Source: a virus (taxonomy: Duplodnaviria; Caudoviricetes). From it: DNA of 35,330 nucleotides. The notes under the pieces are model-generated. The model saw only the letters and a program-made list of their open reading frames with translations. It searched no databases and was not told the DNA's origin. The DNA is taken from positions 1-35,330 of IMG/VR virus record IMGVR_UViG_3300006803_002143; one strand, given 5' to 3'. Below are positions 1 to 10,329 of this stretch, one piece after another (position 1 is the stretch's first letter; the number at the start of each line of letters is the position of its first letter). The translations under genes and the position numbers were made by a program.

Positions 1-2352
1 ACTGGAGTTTGGTCTAGTTCTAATACTGGTGTTGCTACAGTTACTTCAGGTGGGTTAGTATCAGGTATCACATCTGGTTCAACAATAATTACCTTTACAA
101 CAAATGATGGTTCATTCACAGATACAAGTACTATTACTGTATCAGAAATATATGGGTTTGGAAAGGAGACCACAGGTGGAGAGGGTGGAACTCTTTATAC
201 AGTAACTAACCTTAATACAAGTGGAGCTGGTTCTTTAGCAGATGCAGTTGGGCAAACAGGAGCAAGAATCATCAAGTTTGCAGTAAGTGGGGATATTGAT
301 TATGGAGATGTAGGAACCTTAGTAATAGTAAATGATGATATAACTATAGATGGTTCAGATGCACCAGATGGAGGTATTTGTATTAAAGGTGTTGAAGTCC
401 GAATAAGAGCTTCTAATGTAATTATAAAACATATAAGAATTCGACTAGGAGATAATGGTTATAAGAATGCAGCTGGTCAAGTTGTGGGAAGTGATGGTAG
501 TGATGTAGGATGTCTTTTACTCGATGGAAGCACTAACGGAGCTATAAGCGATATTGTAATACAAAATTGTTCTCTTAGTTGGAGTATTGATGAAGTGCTA
601 GATATGTGGACAGGTGGAGTAACTGGGAATATTAATAATGTCACTATACAACGTTGTATAATAGCTGAAGCACTTAAAAACTCTCATCATACCGAAGGGG
701 CACATTCAATGAGTGTTTTAATGAATGGAGCAACTAATGTTTCTTTTTATAAGAATTATTTTGCTCATGCTAATGAAAGACACTTAAGAACACAAAATGA
801 AAGTACTTTTGAACTTGTAAATAACTTATTTTATAATATTACAAGTACAGGTGTTTACGGACATGGTTGTGATTTTGATATAGTTAATAATCATTTTAAA
901 GAAGGGAATAATCCTTTCACTAGTACTAAATTAACTAATGATACTGCTGATGGTGCTTTTACTGTTGCAGATAGTGATGTGCATATTGTAGGAAATACTA
1001 ATGATGGTGGTTTAACAGAAGTCGATAGTGATTATGTAGCTAGACAACAAGGCAGTACAGCCGTAGCTTCTACTATTCTTCCTGTACTTAACAATGCGGC
1101 AATGATTTCTGATATTTTAGATAAAGCTGGAGCATATTTTCCAATAAGAGATTCTGCTGATACTAGAGTTATAAATGACTATATAAATAATACTGGAAAT
1201 ATAATTGATACTCAAGAAGAAGTCGGAGGATATCCTATATTAACGGAGCTAGAGCCTTCTAATGAAATATATGGTTTTGGAAGATTTACTACAGGTGGTA
1301 CAGGAGGTGCTAGTATTGTAGTTACTAATTTAAATACTTCTGGACCAGGAAGCCTAAGAGAAGCTATAGATACTGCTGGAGTTAGAACTATAACTTTTTC
1401 AGTTAGTGGTAATATAGATTGGGGAGCTGGAAATAACTACTTAAACATAAATATTCCCAATCTAACTATTGATGGTTCTACAGCTCCTAATGGAGGGATA
1501 TGTCTTAAAGGAGTTATTGTAACAATTAACGCTTCAAATGTAATTATTAAGCATATAAGAGTTAGAAGAGGTGATGTATTATTTTCAAGGGACGCTATTC
1601 AAATAGCAGCTGTAACTTCTTCTATAGAAAATGTAGTAATAGACCATGTTTCAGCAAGTTGGGCATCAGATGAATGTCTTAGTATAACTGCTACTGGAGG
1701 ATATTCTGTGACAAATGTGACTGTACAATATTCTATATTGGCTCAAGGAATAGAGTCAGATGGATATTTTTCTAAATCTACACTTATTTCAGGTACTGCA
1801 CCTTCTAGAGTTGATAATATAACTTTCTATAAAAACTATATGTGTCATAACGATGAAAGACATATAAGAGCAAATGAACTTACTAGTTTAGAAATTGTGA
1901 ATAATGTATTCTATAATGTAGGGAGTACTAATAGAACTACAGATGGTTGTAGATTTGATTTAATTAACAACCATTATAAAGAAGGAAATAATCCTTTTGG
2001 AACTGATACAATAGCTAAGAATGTTGTTACTTCTAATATCAATCCTGATACAGGGGTTGCTTATGTGGTAGCCGATACTGATTGTTATATAAACGGTAAT
2101 ACTAATGATGGAGGACTAGCTGAAATGGAAGCTGATTATATAGCTATAAATTCTAGTAATTCAGTAATGGCAACCACTATCACTCCTGATACAGTAGCAG
2201 ATGCTATAGTAGATGTCTTAGCAAATGTTGGAGCAACGTTACCTAAGAGAGATACACTTGATGTAGAATATATTGATGATTATAATAATGGAACTGGTAA
2301 TTGGCTTCCTGAAACTCCAACAGTATTAACTTATCCCGATTTAACTATATAG
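1..2352 (+). CDS. 5'-truncated virion-associated protein: Ig-like (Big_2) domain plus two tandem pectate-lyase-like (PL1-type beta-helix) domains
   Basis: Frame is open from base 1, upstream of the ORF track's GTG at 484. TGVWSSSNTGVATVTSGGLV...TTNDGSFTDTSTITV is Big_2-like. It is followed twice by YGFG-x-x-TTGG-x-GG...VTNLNTSG-x-GSL, then SW-x-x-DE and NERH-x-R motifs. Confidence 0.8.
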   Translation, partial: TGVWSSSNTGVATVTSGGLVSGITSGSTIITFTTNDGSFTDTSTITVSEIYGFGKETTGGEGGTLYTVTNLNTSGAGSLADAVGQTGARIIKFAVSGDIDYGDVGTLVIVNDDITIDGSDAPDGGICIKGVEVRIRASNVIIKHIRIRLGDNGYKNAAGQVVGSDGSDVGCLLLDGSTNGAISDIVIQNCSLSWSIDEVLDMWTGGVTGNINNVTIQRCIIAEALKNSHHTEGAHSMSVLMNGATNVSFYKNYFAHANERHLRTQNESTFELVNNLFYNITSTGVYGHGCDFDIVNNHFKEGNNPFTSTKLTNDTADGAFTVADSDVHIVGNTNDGGLTEVDSDYVARQQGSTAVASTILPVLNNAAMISDILDKAGAYFPIRDSADTRVINDYINNTGNIIDTQEEVGGYPILTELEPSNEIYGFGRFTTGGTGGASIVVTNLNTSGPGSLREAIDTAGVRTITFSVSGNIDWGAGNNYLNINIPNLTIDGSTAPNGGICLKGVIVTINASNVIIKHIRVRRGDVLFSRDAIQIAAVTSSIENVVIDHVSASWASDECLSITATGGYSVTNVTVQYSILAQGIESDGYFSKSTLISGTAPSRVDNITFYKNYMCHNDERHIRANELTSLEIVNNVFYNVGSTNRTTDGCRFDLINNHYKEGNNPFGTDTIAKNVVTSNINPDTGVAYVVADTDCYINGNTNDGGLAEMEADYIAINSSNSVMATTITPDTVADAIVDVLANVGATLPKRDTLDVEYIDDYNNGTGNWLPETPTVLTYPDLTI
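974..1235 (+). repeat. Direct repeat copy 1 (~260 nt), second copy at 2407-2668
   Basis: Two long identical blocks flank a ~60-nt divergent patch when compared with 2407-2668. Confidence 0.9.
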
Positions 2353-2355
2353 GCT

Positions 2356-2684
2356 ATGAGTATTTCAAAAGATTCACAAGGTAAGGAAAGTTCTAAAAGA
2401 TATAGCGTGATGTGCATATTGTAGGAAATACTAATGATGGTGGTTTAACAGAAGTCGATAGTGATTATGTAGCTAGACAACAAGGCAGTACAGCCGTAGC
2501 TTCTACTATTATTCCTGTAGTTAGTAATGCAGCAATGATTTCTGATATCTTAAATAATGTAGGGGCAAATATTCCAATAAGAGATTCTGCTGATACTAGA
2601 GTTATAAATGACTATATAAATAATACTGGAAATATAATTGATACTCAAGAAGAAGTCGGAGGATATCCAGATTTGACAGTATAA
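2356..2684 (+). pseudogene. Remnant of a lyase paralog: short start (MSISKDSQGKESSKRYS) joined out of frame to a duplicated lyase C-terminal segment
   Basis: ATG at 2356 is out of frame with 2412-2684, which repeats 974-1235 and ends YPDLTV, like YPDLTI at the end of the main gene. Confidence 0.6.
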
Positions 2685-2702
2685 TTATATCCCAAAATGA
2701 TA

Positions 2703-2730
2703 TTTACTATTAAAATAAATTGTTTATCTT
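2703..2730 (+). promoter_or_regulatory. Putative sigma70-like (middle) promoter TTTACT-N16-TATCTT
   Basis: Same architecture at 8551, 30232 and 32751, each just upstream of a gene start. Confidence 0.5.
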
Positions 2731-2747
2731 AAAAGAAATGTTTTAAT

Positions 2748-3563
2748 ATGGAAAAACAAATCTATTTTCAATCATCATTACCGAGAGCTGGTAGCACGTT
2801 ATTACAAAATGTTATGGGTCAAAATCCAAACTTTTATGTGACACCAACATCAGGAACTTTAGAATTATTATTTGCGGCTAGAGCTCAATACAGTAACTCT
2901 CTTGAATTTAAAGCTCAAGACGCTGAAACAATGAAGAAAGCGTGGTTATCGTTTTGTAAAAAGGGTTTAAATGGTTATTATAGTGCTATAACAGATGCAC
3001 CATATGTGTTAGACAAAAGTAGAGGTTGGGGGATTCATTATGATTTTTTAGAAACGTTTATAGAAAAGCCAAAGATTATTTGTATGGTTAGAGATTTAAG
3101 GTCAATTTTTTCATCAATGGAGAAAAATTTTAGAAAAAATCCAGAAGCTAGTAAAAATATGGTTAATTGGACAACAGGTGAAAATACAACGATAGATAAG
3201 AGAGTAAATACTTGGGCTAGTGGTTTACCAGTGGGAATAGCATTAACTAGATTAGCTGAAATTATAAATCGAGGGTTTCATAATAATATATTATTTATTA
3301 GGTTTGAAGATTTTACTGAAAACCCACAAAATGAAATTGATAGAATTTATAATTATTTAAATGTTGAACCATTTAAACATGATTTTAATAATGTTACACA
3401 AATAACCCAAGAGGATGATGCAGTATATGGTATCTATGGTGACCACACTATAAAAAAAGAGATTAAATCACCAAAATCTGATTTTGATGAAATTTTAACA
3501 CCGCATGTTAGTCAAAGAATTAAAGAAAATTACGATTGGTTCTATAAGTATTTCAATTACTAA
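2748..3563 (+). CDS. Sulfotransferase family protein
   Basis: PAPS-binding SLPRAGSTLL, DKSRGW, ICMVRDLRSIFSS (3'PB) and RFEDF motifs. Confidence 0.85.
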   Translation: MEKQIYFQSSLPRAGSTLLQNVMGQNPNFYVTPTSGTLELLFAARAQYSNSLEFKAQDAETMKKAWLSFCKKGLNGYYSAITDAPYVLDKSRGWGIHYDFLETFIEKPKIICMVRDLRSIFSSMEKNFRKNPEASKNMVNWTTGENTTIDKRVNTWASGLPVGIALTRLAEIINRGFHNNILFIRFEDFTENPQNEIDRIYNYLNVEPFKHDFNNVTQITQEDDAVYGIYGDHTIKKEIKSPKSDFDEILTPHVSQRIKENYDWFYKYFNY

Positions 3564-3564
3564 C

Positions 3565-3578
3565 TATTTATTAATAAA
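3565..3578 (+). promoter_or_regulatory. Putative late promoter, TATTTAT(T) variant
   Basis: Recurrent TATTTATA-type motif, 24 nt before the ATG at 3589. Confidence 0.5.
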
Positions 3579-3588
3579 TTAAAGTGTT

Positions 3589-3852
3589 ATGCCAATTTTA
3601 TTAAAAAAAATAGATGGTAGTATAATCTCTTATTTCGGTAATAATGGCGGTGCTGATTATTCAGGAGATATAATACTAATTAGGTCAGTAGTAGGTGAAA
3701 TAGGATTAGAAGATTATTTCTTATTATCTGCAATAGAAGGTTTTACTCAAAATTTTTCAGCTGTTATTGAAGCTGAATTTTGTGCGGTAATACCATCTCT
3801 AATAGGACCAACTAATTGTTCATCAACAACAGAATTAAATTTATCATATTAA
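3589..3852 (+). CDS. Hypothetical protein, probably structural
   Basis: 87-aa ORF after the late motif, abutting the next gene. Confidence 0.55.
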   Translation: MPILLKKIDGSIISYFGNNGGADYSGDIILIRSVVGEIGLEDYFLLSAIEGFTQNFSAVIEAEFCAVIPSLIGPTNCSSTTELNLSY

Positions 3853-5283
3853 ATGAGGTATCAGAATAGAATTTACATACAGAATCCACATACTTGTATT
3901 AGAAACAAGGATATTGTGAATGTAACCACAAGTTCAGATTTATGTGAATTTGATGAACCTAGGTTTACTATGACTGGGGCTGATAAGATTAAAACAGGTA
4001 CAACAGTTACTGATGACGAGGTTCATATTATTAGTAGTGCTACTACGTTAGATTTAACATTTTCATTTACTGGTAATGTTGAAAATTTTATATTATTTGA
4101 TGCATCATTTGAATATAGTATATATAAATATAATGTTAACTCTAATACATTTACATCTCCCGAATTATTTAACTCTGGACCAATAGAATGGTCTAGTTTT
4201 AGTGCCACGAGTGCATTCACGGATTCAATTTTAGTTTCTGATTTAGTAATTGATGGTGAATACCTAATTAAAGGTAGTTTCGATTTTATAGTATGTACAG
4301 AAATTTTAGAGGCATTAGGTGTGACCGAAAATACCTTTAGATTAATTGGTGACCAATATGGTTTATATGAAGAAGAGTTTGATTATTATTTTGCTGCAAT
4401 AAGGGCCGCAGCAAAACCAATATTTGGTTTAACCCCAGATGATGGCACAGGATTAGGTGCACTTAGGGTAGAATCTTATATTATAGAAGTTAGTGGTACT
4501 ACACAGGTAATATTATCATCATTTTGGGTAGGTAATCCAATAGTATCTGTTAATGGTGTTACATTATTTGAAGATAATGAAGGTGATTTTACAACCGCTA
4601 ATAATACTACAATAAATTTCAATTCGACTTTATCTGAAGAAGATATTGTGACAGTAGCATACGTTAATGGTGGTAATCCAAATGGATTGGTATCTGAATC
4701 TTTAATTGCACCAACACCAATAGTTTCTGGTATTACTGATGCTGAAGGAGTTGAAACCGTATATTTTAATACAGATACTGGTAAATATGAACTTTTTATT
4801 TTAACTGAACCAGTAGATTTTAATGATGTTATAGTAACTTTAAATGGTATTACTTTAGGTAATGGTATAGATTATAGCCAATCTACATCAAACACAAAAA
4901 GAATAATATTAGAGGGTGATTTAGTACCAGATGATATTATTACAATTAGTTATAATTCAGCTGGAACATATGTTGGGGTTATTACAGTTGATAATTTTGA
5001 TTTGGTGTGGACAATAACTCCATCACCAATTAATACAAATGGTATATTTACAGCATTTGTTGCTGATGACTATTCATTCTCTGCTGGAACTATTATCTAT
5101 ACAGCAACAACAGGGTATGTTATTAACCAAAATTCATATTCGGTTAATATTGATTTAAGTTCATATAGTGGTACAACGGCATATTATAAAGTTAGAAATC
5201 AAAAAAACTATCCAGTTTTAAGTGGTGGGACAATTGAAACAATAACAGATAGTGATATAATACCAATTGAGATTCAATTATAA
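3853..5283 (+). CDS. Putative virion structural protein (acidic, beta-rich, internal repeat)
   Basis: Repeated V-x-x-NG-x-TL...D-I-x-T-x-x-Y module; T/S/G/D-rich composition. Confidence 0.6.
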   Translation: MRYQNRIYIQNPHTCIRNKDIVNVTTSSDLCEFDEPRFTMTGADKIKTGTTVTDDEVHIISSATTLDLTFSFTGNVENFILFDASFEYSIYKYNVNSNTFTSPELFNSGPIEWSSFSATSAFTDSILVSDLVIDGEYLIKGSFDFIVCTEILEALGVTENTFRLIGDQYGLYEEEFDYYFAAIRAAAKPIFGLTPDDGTGLGALRVESYIIEVSGTTQVILSSFWVGNPIVSVNGVTLFEDNEGDFTTANNTTINFNSTLSEEDIVTVAYVNGGNPNGLVSESLIAPTPIVSGITDAEGVETVYFNTDTGKYELFILTEPVDFNDVIVTLNGITLGNGIDYSQSTSNTKRIILEGDLVPDDIITISYNSAGTYVGVITVDNFDLVWTITPSPINTNGIFTAFVADDYSFSAGTIIYTATTGYVINQNSYSVNIDLSSYSGTTAYYKVRNQKNYPVLSGGTIETITDSDIIPIEIQL

Positions 5284-5314
5284 AAATAAATTAAATAATT
5301 TGTTTACTTATTCA

Positions 5315-5322
5315 TATTTATA
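5315..5322 (+). promoter_or_regulatory. Putative late promoter TATTTATA
   Basis: Intergenic motif upstream of 5349. Confidence 0.6.
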
Positions 5323-5348
5323 AGTAAATACAATATAAGAAAAAGATT

Positions 5349-7340
5349 ATGAGTTATATTATTAAAAGCACACAACCATTTACAAGTGTAAAGTTAACTG
5401 AGACTGGTAGAGAAAAATTATCCAAAGGTCAATTAAATTTTAACACTTGGTCTATTGGTGATTCTGAAATAAATTACGATAGAGAAGTTTACGTACAAGA
5501 CGGTGTTTTGACTGGAAGTACGAGTGTTGTATTAAGACCTAAAGATAAGCAACCAAATTTAAAGTATTTTATTAACAGAGGTACTGGTACGAATACTTTT
5601 TCATTTGGTACTAGTGATATTAGATGTATTAAATTAACTGTTAATAATGAAGCTGATGAAAGAGGTTTATTTACAGGTAGTTTAGCGACTGGTTTTACAA
5701 CCAATACATCATCATATGTAAGAACTTCAGGAACTTCAGTTACAATTGGAGGTGGTACATCATTAACATTAGCTGGTGTTGAAATAGGTGATTTTTTATT
5801 AGTAAAAGCGGGGTATTCAGACTACACAAATGAAACACCACAAGCTCATCTATGGTTTAAAGCTCAAAACGTTGTTGGTAGTACAGTAACAGTTGATAGA
5901 GAACTCCCAAACGTTGGTGCTACAAATGCTGTGGTAGTTTATAAGGGTGGAAATATTTATGACAATGAACCAGACTCAATTTCTTATTGGGATACTGGCA
6001 CATTATCATTTGATAGCTCATGTGATATTACTACAATGGACGTTCCATTATGGAATATGAATGTTCCATTCTCTGAAGACATTATGGGCGTTGATAACCC
6101 ATCATACGAAACTCATATTAATTATGGTTCATATGATTTCTTAGGTCAAAAAGGTAATTTCTTATATTCTCCTAGTAATAACATTGATTTAAAATCAATT
6201 GCTATTATTCATTACTCAAATAAAACAATTTCAAATTTATATGGTGAATTTTTCTATATAGATAATGATACTAAAACAGTTAAAATACATTTACCTGATT
6301 TAATGTATCATAGAAGAGTCTTCAGTGGTTCAACTACTGGTGATAAAATGGGTATGACTTTTGTTGCTGAAGGTACTGCTGTATCAACTGGTGTTAATGG
6401 TTTAACATACATTCCATTAATCGAAGACTCAACGTTAGTAAATGGTACACCTAGAGAGGTAGGTAGAGTTTATACACAGTTAAAAATTATGACAATTGAT
6501 GATGCTGAAATTGTAGCAGCAATGTCATATAAATCAAATAGAAATTGGACCTTACCAGCATTAAGTCTAGACCAAGTTAATCCATCAGGTGGTGTAGGAA
6601 CAGGTATATTAGCGGCTGGTGAAACAATTTATGTAACTTATGTTGTTGACAATGAAAGTGGTACGGGAATTTCTGAAACATTACCATGTCAAAATTATGG
6701 AACACATGTTAATAATTCCTCAACTTCGGTAGATATTCAATTTAATATTGAAGATACTGGACTTTTCCCATATATTAGGGATGATGGTTCAAGTGGTGGG
6801 TTCTATGGTGATACATTTAAAATATTATATCAAATAACAGATGGTGAAAGACCATCAAGTGATTCATGGTTAGAAGTTGATTTCACTTCTTCAGTTTTAA
6901 CAACAGGGTTTGTTGATTCAACAAAACTTGAAGTTCAAAATCCAAATGCTGCATCACCAACAATTTTTGAATTAAATGCTACTACAACAAGTGGTGCACC
7001 TATATACTCACTTATAAGTACATTAAGTATGGCTGCAACTAGTTCACCAGATAATTTACAATTTGGTGATGAAAGATTTTTCTATGGTAATGTAGAGGCT
7101 TTCATTGGGGCAACAATTTTCAAAACGATATTTAAGGTTACTATTAACGCTAGTGATTTTAGTTTCACTACAAATGTTACTAGAAGTAGTAACCCACAAG
7201 ATAATCCACCAAATATTAAAGTCACTGAAGTAGGTATTTATGATAGTGATGGGGATTTAGTAATAATAAGTAAACTGAGCCAACCAGCGGAATTAACTCC
7301 AGGTAAAACAGTTATATTAGAATTAGGTATAGACTTTTAA
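5349..7340 (+). CDS. Putative baseplate/tail structural protein
   Basis: N-terminal KLTETGREKL...GDSEINY and C-terminal VTEVGIYDSDGDLVIISKLSQP resemble tail-collar/baseplate modules; paralog of the next gene. Confidence 0.6.
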   Translation: MSYIIKSTQPFTSVKLTETGREKLSKGQLNFNTWSIGDSEINYDREVYVQDGVLTGSTSVVLRPKDKQPNLKYFINRGTGTNTFSFGTSDIRCIKLTVNNEADERGLFTGSLATGFTTNTSSYVRTSGTSVTIGGGTSLTLAGVEIGDFLLVKAGYSDYTNETPQAHLWFKAQNVVGSTVTVDRELPNVGATNAVVVYKGGNIYDNEPDSISYWDTGTLSFDSSCDITTMDVPLWNMNVPFSEDIMGVDNPSYETHINYGSYDFLGQKGNFLYSPSNNIDLKSIAIIHYSNKTISNLYGEFFYIDNDTKTVKIHLPDLMYHRRVFSGSTTGDKMGMTFVAEGTAVSTGVNGLTYIPLIEDSTLVNGTPREVGRVYTQLKIMTIDDAEIVAAMSYKSNRNWTLPALSLDQVNPSGGVGTGILAAGETIYVTYVVDNESGTGISETLPCQNYGTHVNNSSTSVDIQFNIEDTGLFPYIRDDGSSGGFYGDTFKILYQITDGERPSSDSWLEVDFTSSVLTTGFVDSTKLEVQNPNAASPTIFELNATTTSGAPIYSLISTLSMAATSSPDNLQFGDERFFYGNVEAFIGATIFKTIFKVTINASDFSFTTNVTRSSNPQDNPPNIKVTEVGIYDSDGDLVIISKLSQPAELTPGKTVILELGIDF

Positions 7341-7343
7341 GAT

Positions 7344-8546
7344 ATGGGATTTTTAGCAAGCGCAGATACAGTAACAATTACAGCCAAATTAACACCATTT
7401 GGTAGACAACAATTATTAACTAATAGTAGTAGTATCATTACACAATTTAGTTTGGGTGATTCTGATGCTAACTATACTGGTGAATTAACATTAGGTAGAG
7501 GTGAAGTACCAGCATTAGCTGGTGAGATAGGAACCAATAATTTATTTAGTAATGGGGTATATTCTGGTGTTAATATTAAATCTCCTATTGTAGTTAATGA
7601 TTTAGGTGATATAAGAAAATTAGTTTCTGCTGGTTCTTCATCAGTGGTTATAACACCTAAACTTTTAGGTTTAACAGGTGTAACAGGTTCTACTGTAACT
7701 CAACTTATTACTAATAGAACTGATGGTGATAATGACGCATATTCAAATTTATTTAAGACATTCGGTTTACCAATAACAACTAATGAAAAATTAAATTATT
7801 CATCAATTAGTAGCCCTACAGGTTATTTAGATACTGCAATTAGAAACCTTAATCAAAATAAGATTATAGTAATGGCAATAGATAAGTGTGCTTATGGTGA
7901 AACTTTAGATGGTAAAGCAATTAAAGTAGAATTAGAAACAAGTGGTGGAACACCATATACGTTATACTCTACATTTCAAAAAAGTTTAACTCCATTAACA
8001 AGTGTTGATAATCAAGTTAAGGAATTATTAGGATTAGGAACAGCTGTTAATAACAATGTGGCGTTTTTATTTTCTGACTCAATTCAAAAACCAAATAACA
8101 ACCCTAGTCTTAGTTGGGCAACTGGTTTTGGAACAACCAAACCATTTAGTCTTAATAATAAACAATTATTTAATTCAGTTTCTGTTCCATCAACAAATAC
8201 AAATGTTGATAATGCTGTGGGCATTGCTTATTTAGATAAAGGTTTTATTGTGATAACAGAACCAACAATAGTAAATAATTATGACCCAATAACAGCAACT
8301 GCTACAACGGTAGTTACTTATAACCATATTTCAAATGAAGTAGCTCAAAACATTACTTGTATTGTTGAGAGAGATGAGTTTTCAACTACAAATAATTCAA
8401 CATATACTACTGGTGATTTAATTAGAGTTAGTGAAGTGGCGTTATATGATACATTTAATAATGTAATAGCTTATGCTAAGAGTAATGAGCATATTATTAT
8501 TGGTGCAAGTCAATATGTTGCATTAGGTGTTAGAATTTTAGTATAA
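7344..8546 (+). CDS. Putative baseplate/tail structural protein (paralog of 5349-7340)
   Basis: KLTPFGRQQL...GDSDANY and VSEVALYDTFNNVIAYAK. Confidence 0.6.
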   Translation: MGFLASADTVTITAKLTPFGRQQLLTNSSSIITQFSLGDSDANYTGELTLGRGEVPALAGEIGTNNLFSNGVYSGVNIKSPIVVNDLGDIRKLVSAGSSSVVITPKLLGLTGVTGSTVTQLITNRTDGDNDAYSNLFKTFGLPITTNEKLNYSSISSPTGYLDTAIRNLNQNKIIVMAIDKCAYGETLDGKAIKVELETSGGTPYTLYSTFQKSLTPLTSVDNQVKELLGLGTAVNNNVAFLFSDSIQKPNNNPSLSWATGFGTTKPFSLNNKQLFNSVSVPSTNTNVDNAVGIAYLDKGFIVITEPTIVNNYDPITATATTVVTYNHISNEVAQNITCIVERDEFSTTNNSTYTTGDLIRVSEVALYDTFNNVIAYAKSNEHIIIGASQYVALGVRILV

Positions 8547-8550
8547 AACA

Positions 8551-8578
8551 TTTACTTTTTAAAATTTTTGATTATATT
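8551..8578 (+). promoter_or_regulatory. Putative sigma70-like (middle) promoter TTTACT-N16-TATATT
   Basis: Upstream of the resolvase; recurrent motif. Confidence 0.5.
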
Positions 8579-8601
8579 CTTTTCATAAATTAATTATATT
8601 C

Positions 8602-9273
8602 ATGGAAAATGAAGAGTACATATTAGGGTTAGACGTTTCAACCAAAACAATTGGGATTGCATTATATAAAAATACGGGTTCTAATGGAGAGTTGATATTA
8701 CTTACACATGTAACACCTAAGATTAAACCAGTACCACCGACAAAAACACAAGAACTATTTGAAAAATGTAATATTTTCGAAGAAGAGTTTTTAGACAAAT
8801 ATAAAGATTTAAATATAACTAAGGTTATTATTGAAGAACCTTTATTAAGGTCTAATAATGTCAACACTGTTGGTACATTATTAAGATTTAATGGTATGAT
8901 TTCTAGGTCAGTATACCAAAAATTAAAAATAGTCCCTGATTTTATTTCATCATTTGATGCAAGAGCGTATGCTTTTCCAGAATTAATGGCAATTAGGACT
9001 CACAACAAGAAAGGTGAGAAATATCCAGAAAAAGAAATTCAAAAGAAGATTAATGAAGATAAAAGAACACTTTTTGGTGCTTTTGATTGGGAAGTTGATA
9101 AGAAAACTGTAGTATGGGAAAAGGTTGCTGATTTATACCCACAAATTAATTGGATGTATACGAGGAATCACACATTAGCAAAAGAAAATTATGATATGAC
9201 AGATGGTGCTTGTGCGGTATTGGGTTATATGAATAAAATTGGTAAATGGCCTATTGACTGTCGAAAGTCCTAA
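8602..9273 (+). CDS. ruvC: RuvC-like Holliday junction resolvase
   Basis: ILGLDVSTKTIG (Asp), VIIEEP (Glu) and YDMTDG (DxxD) RNase H-fold catalytic motifs. Confidence 0.8.
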   Translation: MENEEYILGLDVSTKTIGIALYKNTGSNGELILLTHVTPKIKPVPPTKTQELFEKCNIFEEEFLDKYKDLNITKVIIEEPLLRSNNVNTVGTLLRFNGMISRSVYQKLKIVPDFISSFDARAYAFPELMAIRTHNKKGEKYPEKEIQKKINEDKRTLFGAFDWEVDKKTVVWEKVADLYPQINWMYTRNHTLAKENYDMTDGACAVLGYMNKIGKWPIDCRKS

Positions 9274-10329
9274 AATAGAAGTTTTTGAGTCTTTTCCCAT
9301 AAATTTACATATTTATATTAAAAGTGAATCTGTTATGGGTAAAAGAATTCCTAGAAATTTAAGTAATAAACCAATTTGTGGTGTTTATTTAATTAAGAAT
9401 AATATGAATGGTAAAATATATATTGGTCAATCAATAGATATTGAACGAAGATGGGCGCAGCATAAATATGGTAAAGGTAATTTAATAGTAAGAAATGCTA
9501 TTAAAAAATATGGGATAAATAATTTTTCATTTGAAATATTAGAAAAGCTCAATATAGATGGTAAAAATAAAGATGAGATTAATGAAGAATTAATTTCAAT
9601 TGAACAAAAATATTTTGATGAATTCAAACCATTTGTTGGAAATAATGGTTATAATATTCAAAAAACATCAAAACCAAATTTAACTCCAAATAGGGATTCT
9701 AATTATGGTGAATTAATTAGTAAAATAAAAATTGATAATAATCATTGTGGTAAAGGGGTTAGTCAATATGATTTAGAAGGTAATTTAATTAAAAAATGGA
9801 AATCAGCGGCTCAAATTGAACGTAAATTAGGTTATAAAGCAGAGTGTATATCTGGAGTTTGTTTAAAAAAAAGACCTACCTATAAAAAATATATATGGGT
9901 TTTTACAAGCGAAGATATTTCAAAAGGAGAAATTAGAAAAATAAAAGAAAGGGTGACACCAAAAAAAATTAAACAATTTAATTTAAAGGGTGAATTAATT
10001 AAAGTTTATAAGAATAGTAAAGATGCTTCAGAACAAACTAATATAAAACGAAGTGGTATAACTAATGCTTGTATGGCTCACACAAAAACATTTAAAAAGT
10101 ATATTTGGTTATACGAAGGTGATAATTTGATTTTACATAATCATATAAAAAACACGGATAGAATAATCAAACAATATAATTTAAATGGTGAAATGATTAA
10201 TACTTGGGATAATGTTAAAGATGTGATTTCATCACTTAATTTAAGTAAATATGCACCTAAACAAATATTTAGGGTTTGTAATAATGAAATCAATTCTTAT
10301 TTAAATTTTAAATGGAAATGGGGTAACTA
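9196..10329 (+). mobile_element. Homing-endonuclease insertion carrying a replacement 3' end of ruvC
   Basis: ruvC 3' end (9196-9273) is imperfectly duplicated at 10330-10404, bracketing a GIY-YIG gene. Confidence 0.7.
9310..9317 (+). promoter_or_regulatory. Putative late promoter TATTTATA driving the homing endonuclease
   Basis: 25 nt upstream of ATG 9335. Confidence 0.6.

Noticed and set aside
974-2668. Diversity-generating retroelement TR/VR pair
   Set aside because: Only about half of the ~12 mismatches are at adenines of the putative template, long A-rich stretches are invariant, and no reverse transcriptase is in the window.
8602-9273. TnpB/Cas12-like RuvC effector
   Set aside because: Only 223 aa with a compact resolvase layout; no zinc finger or REC region, and no array.
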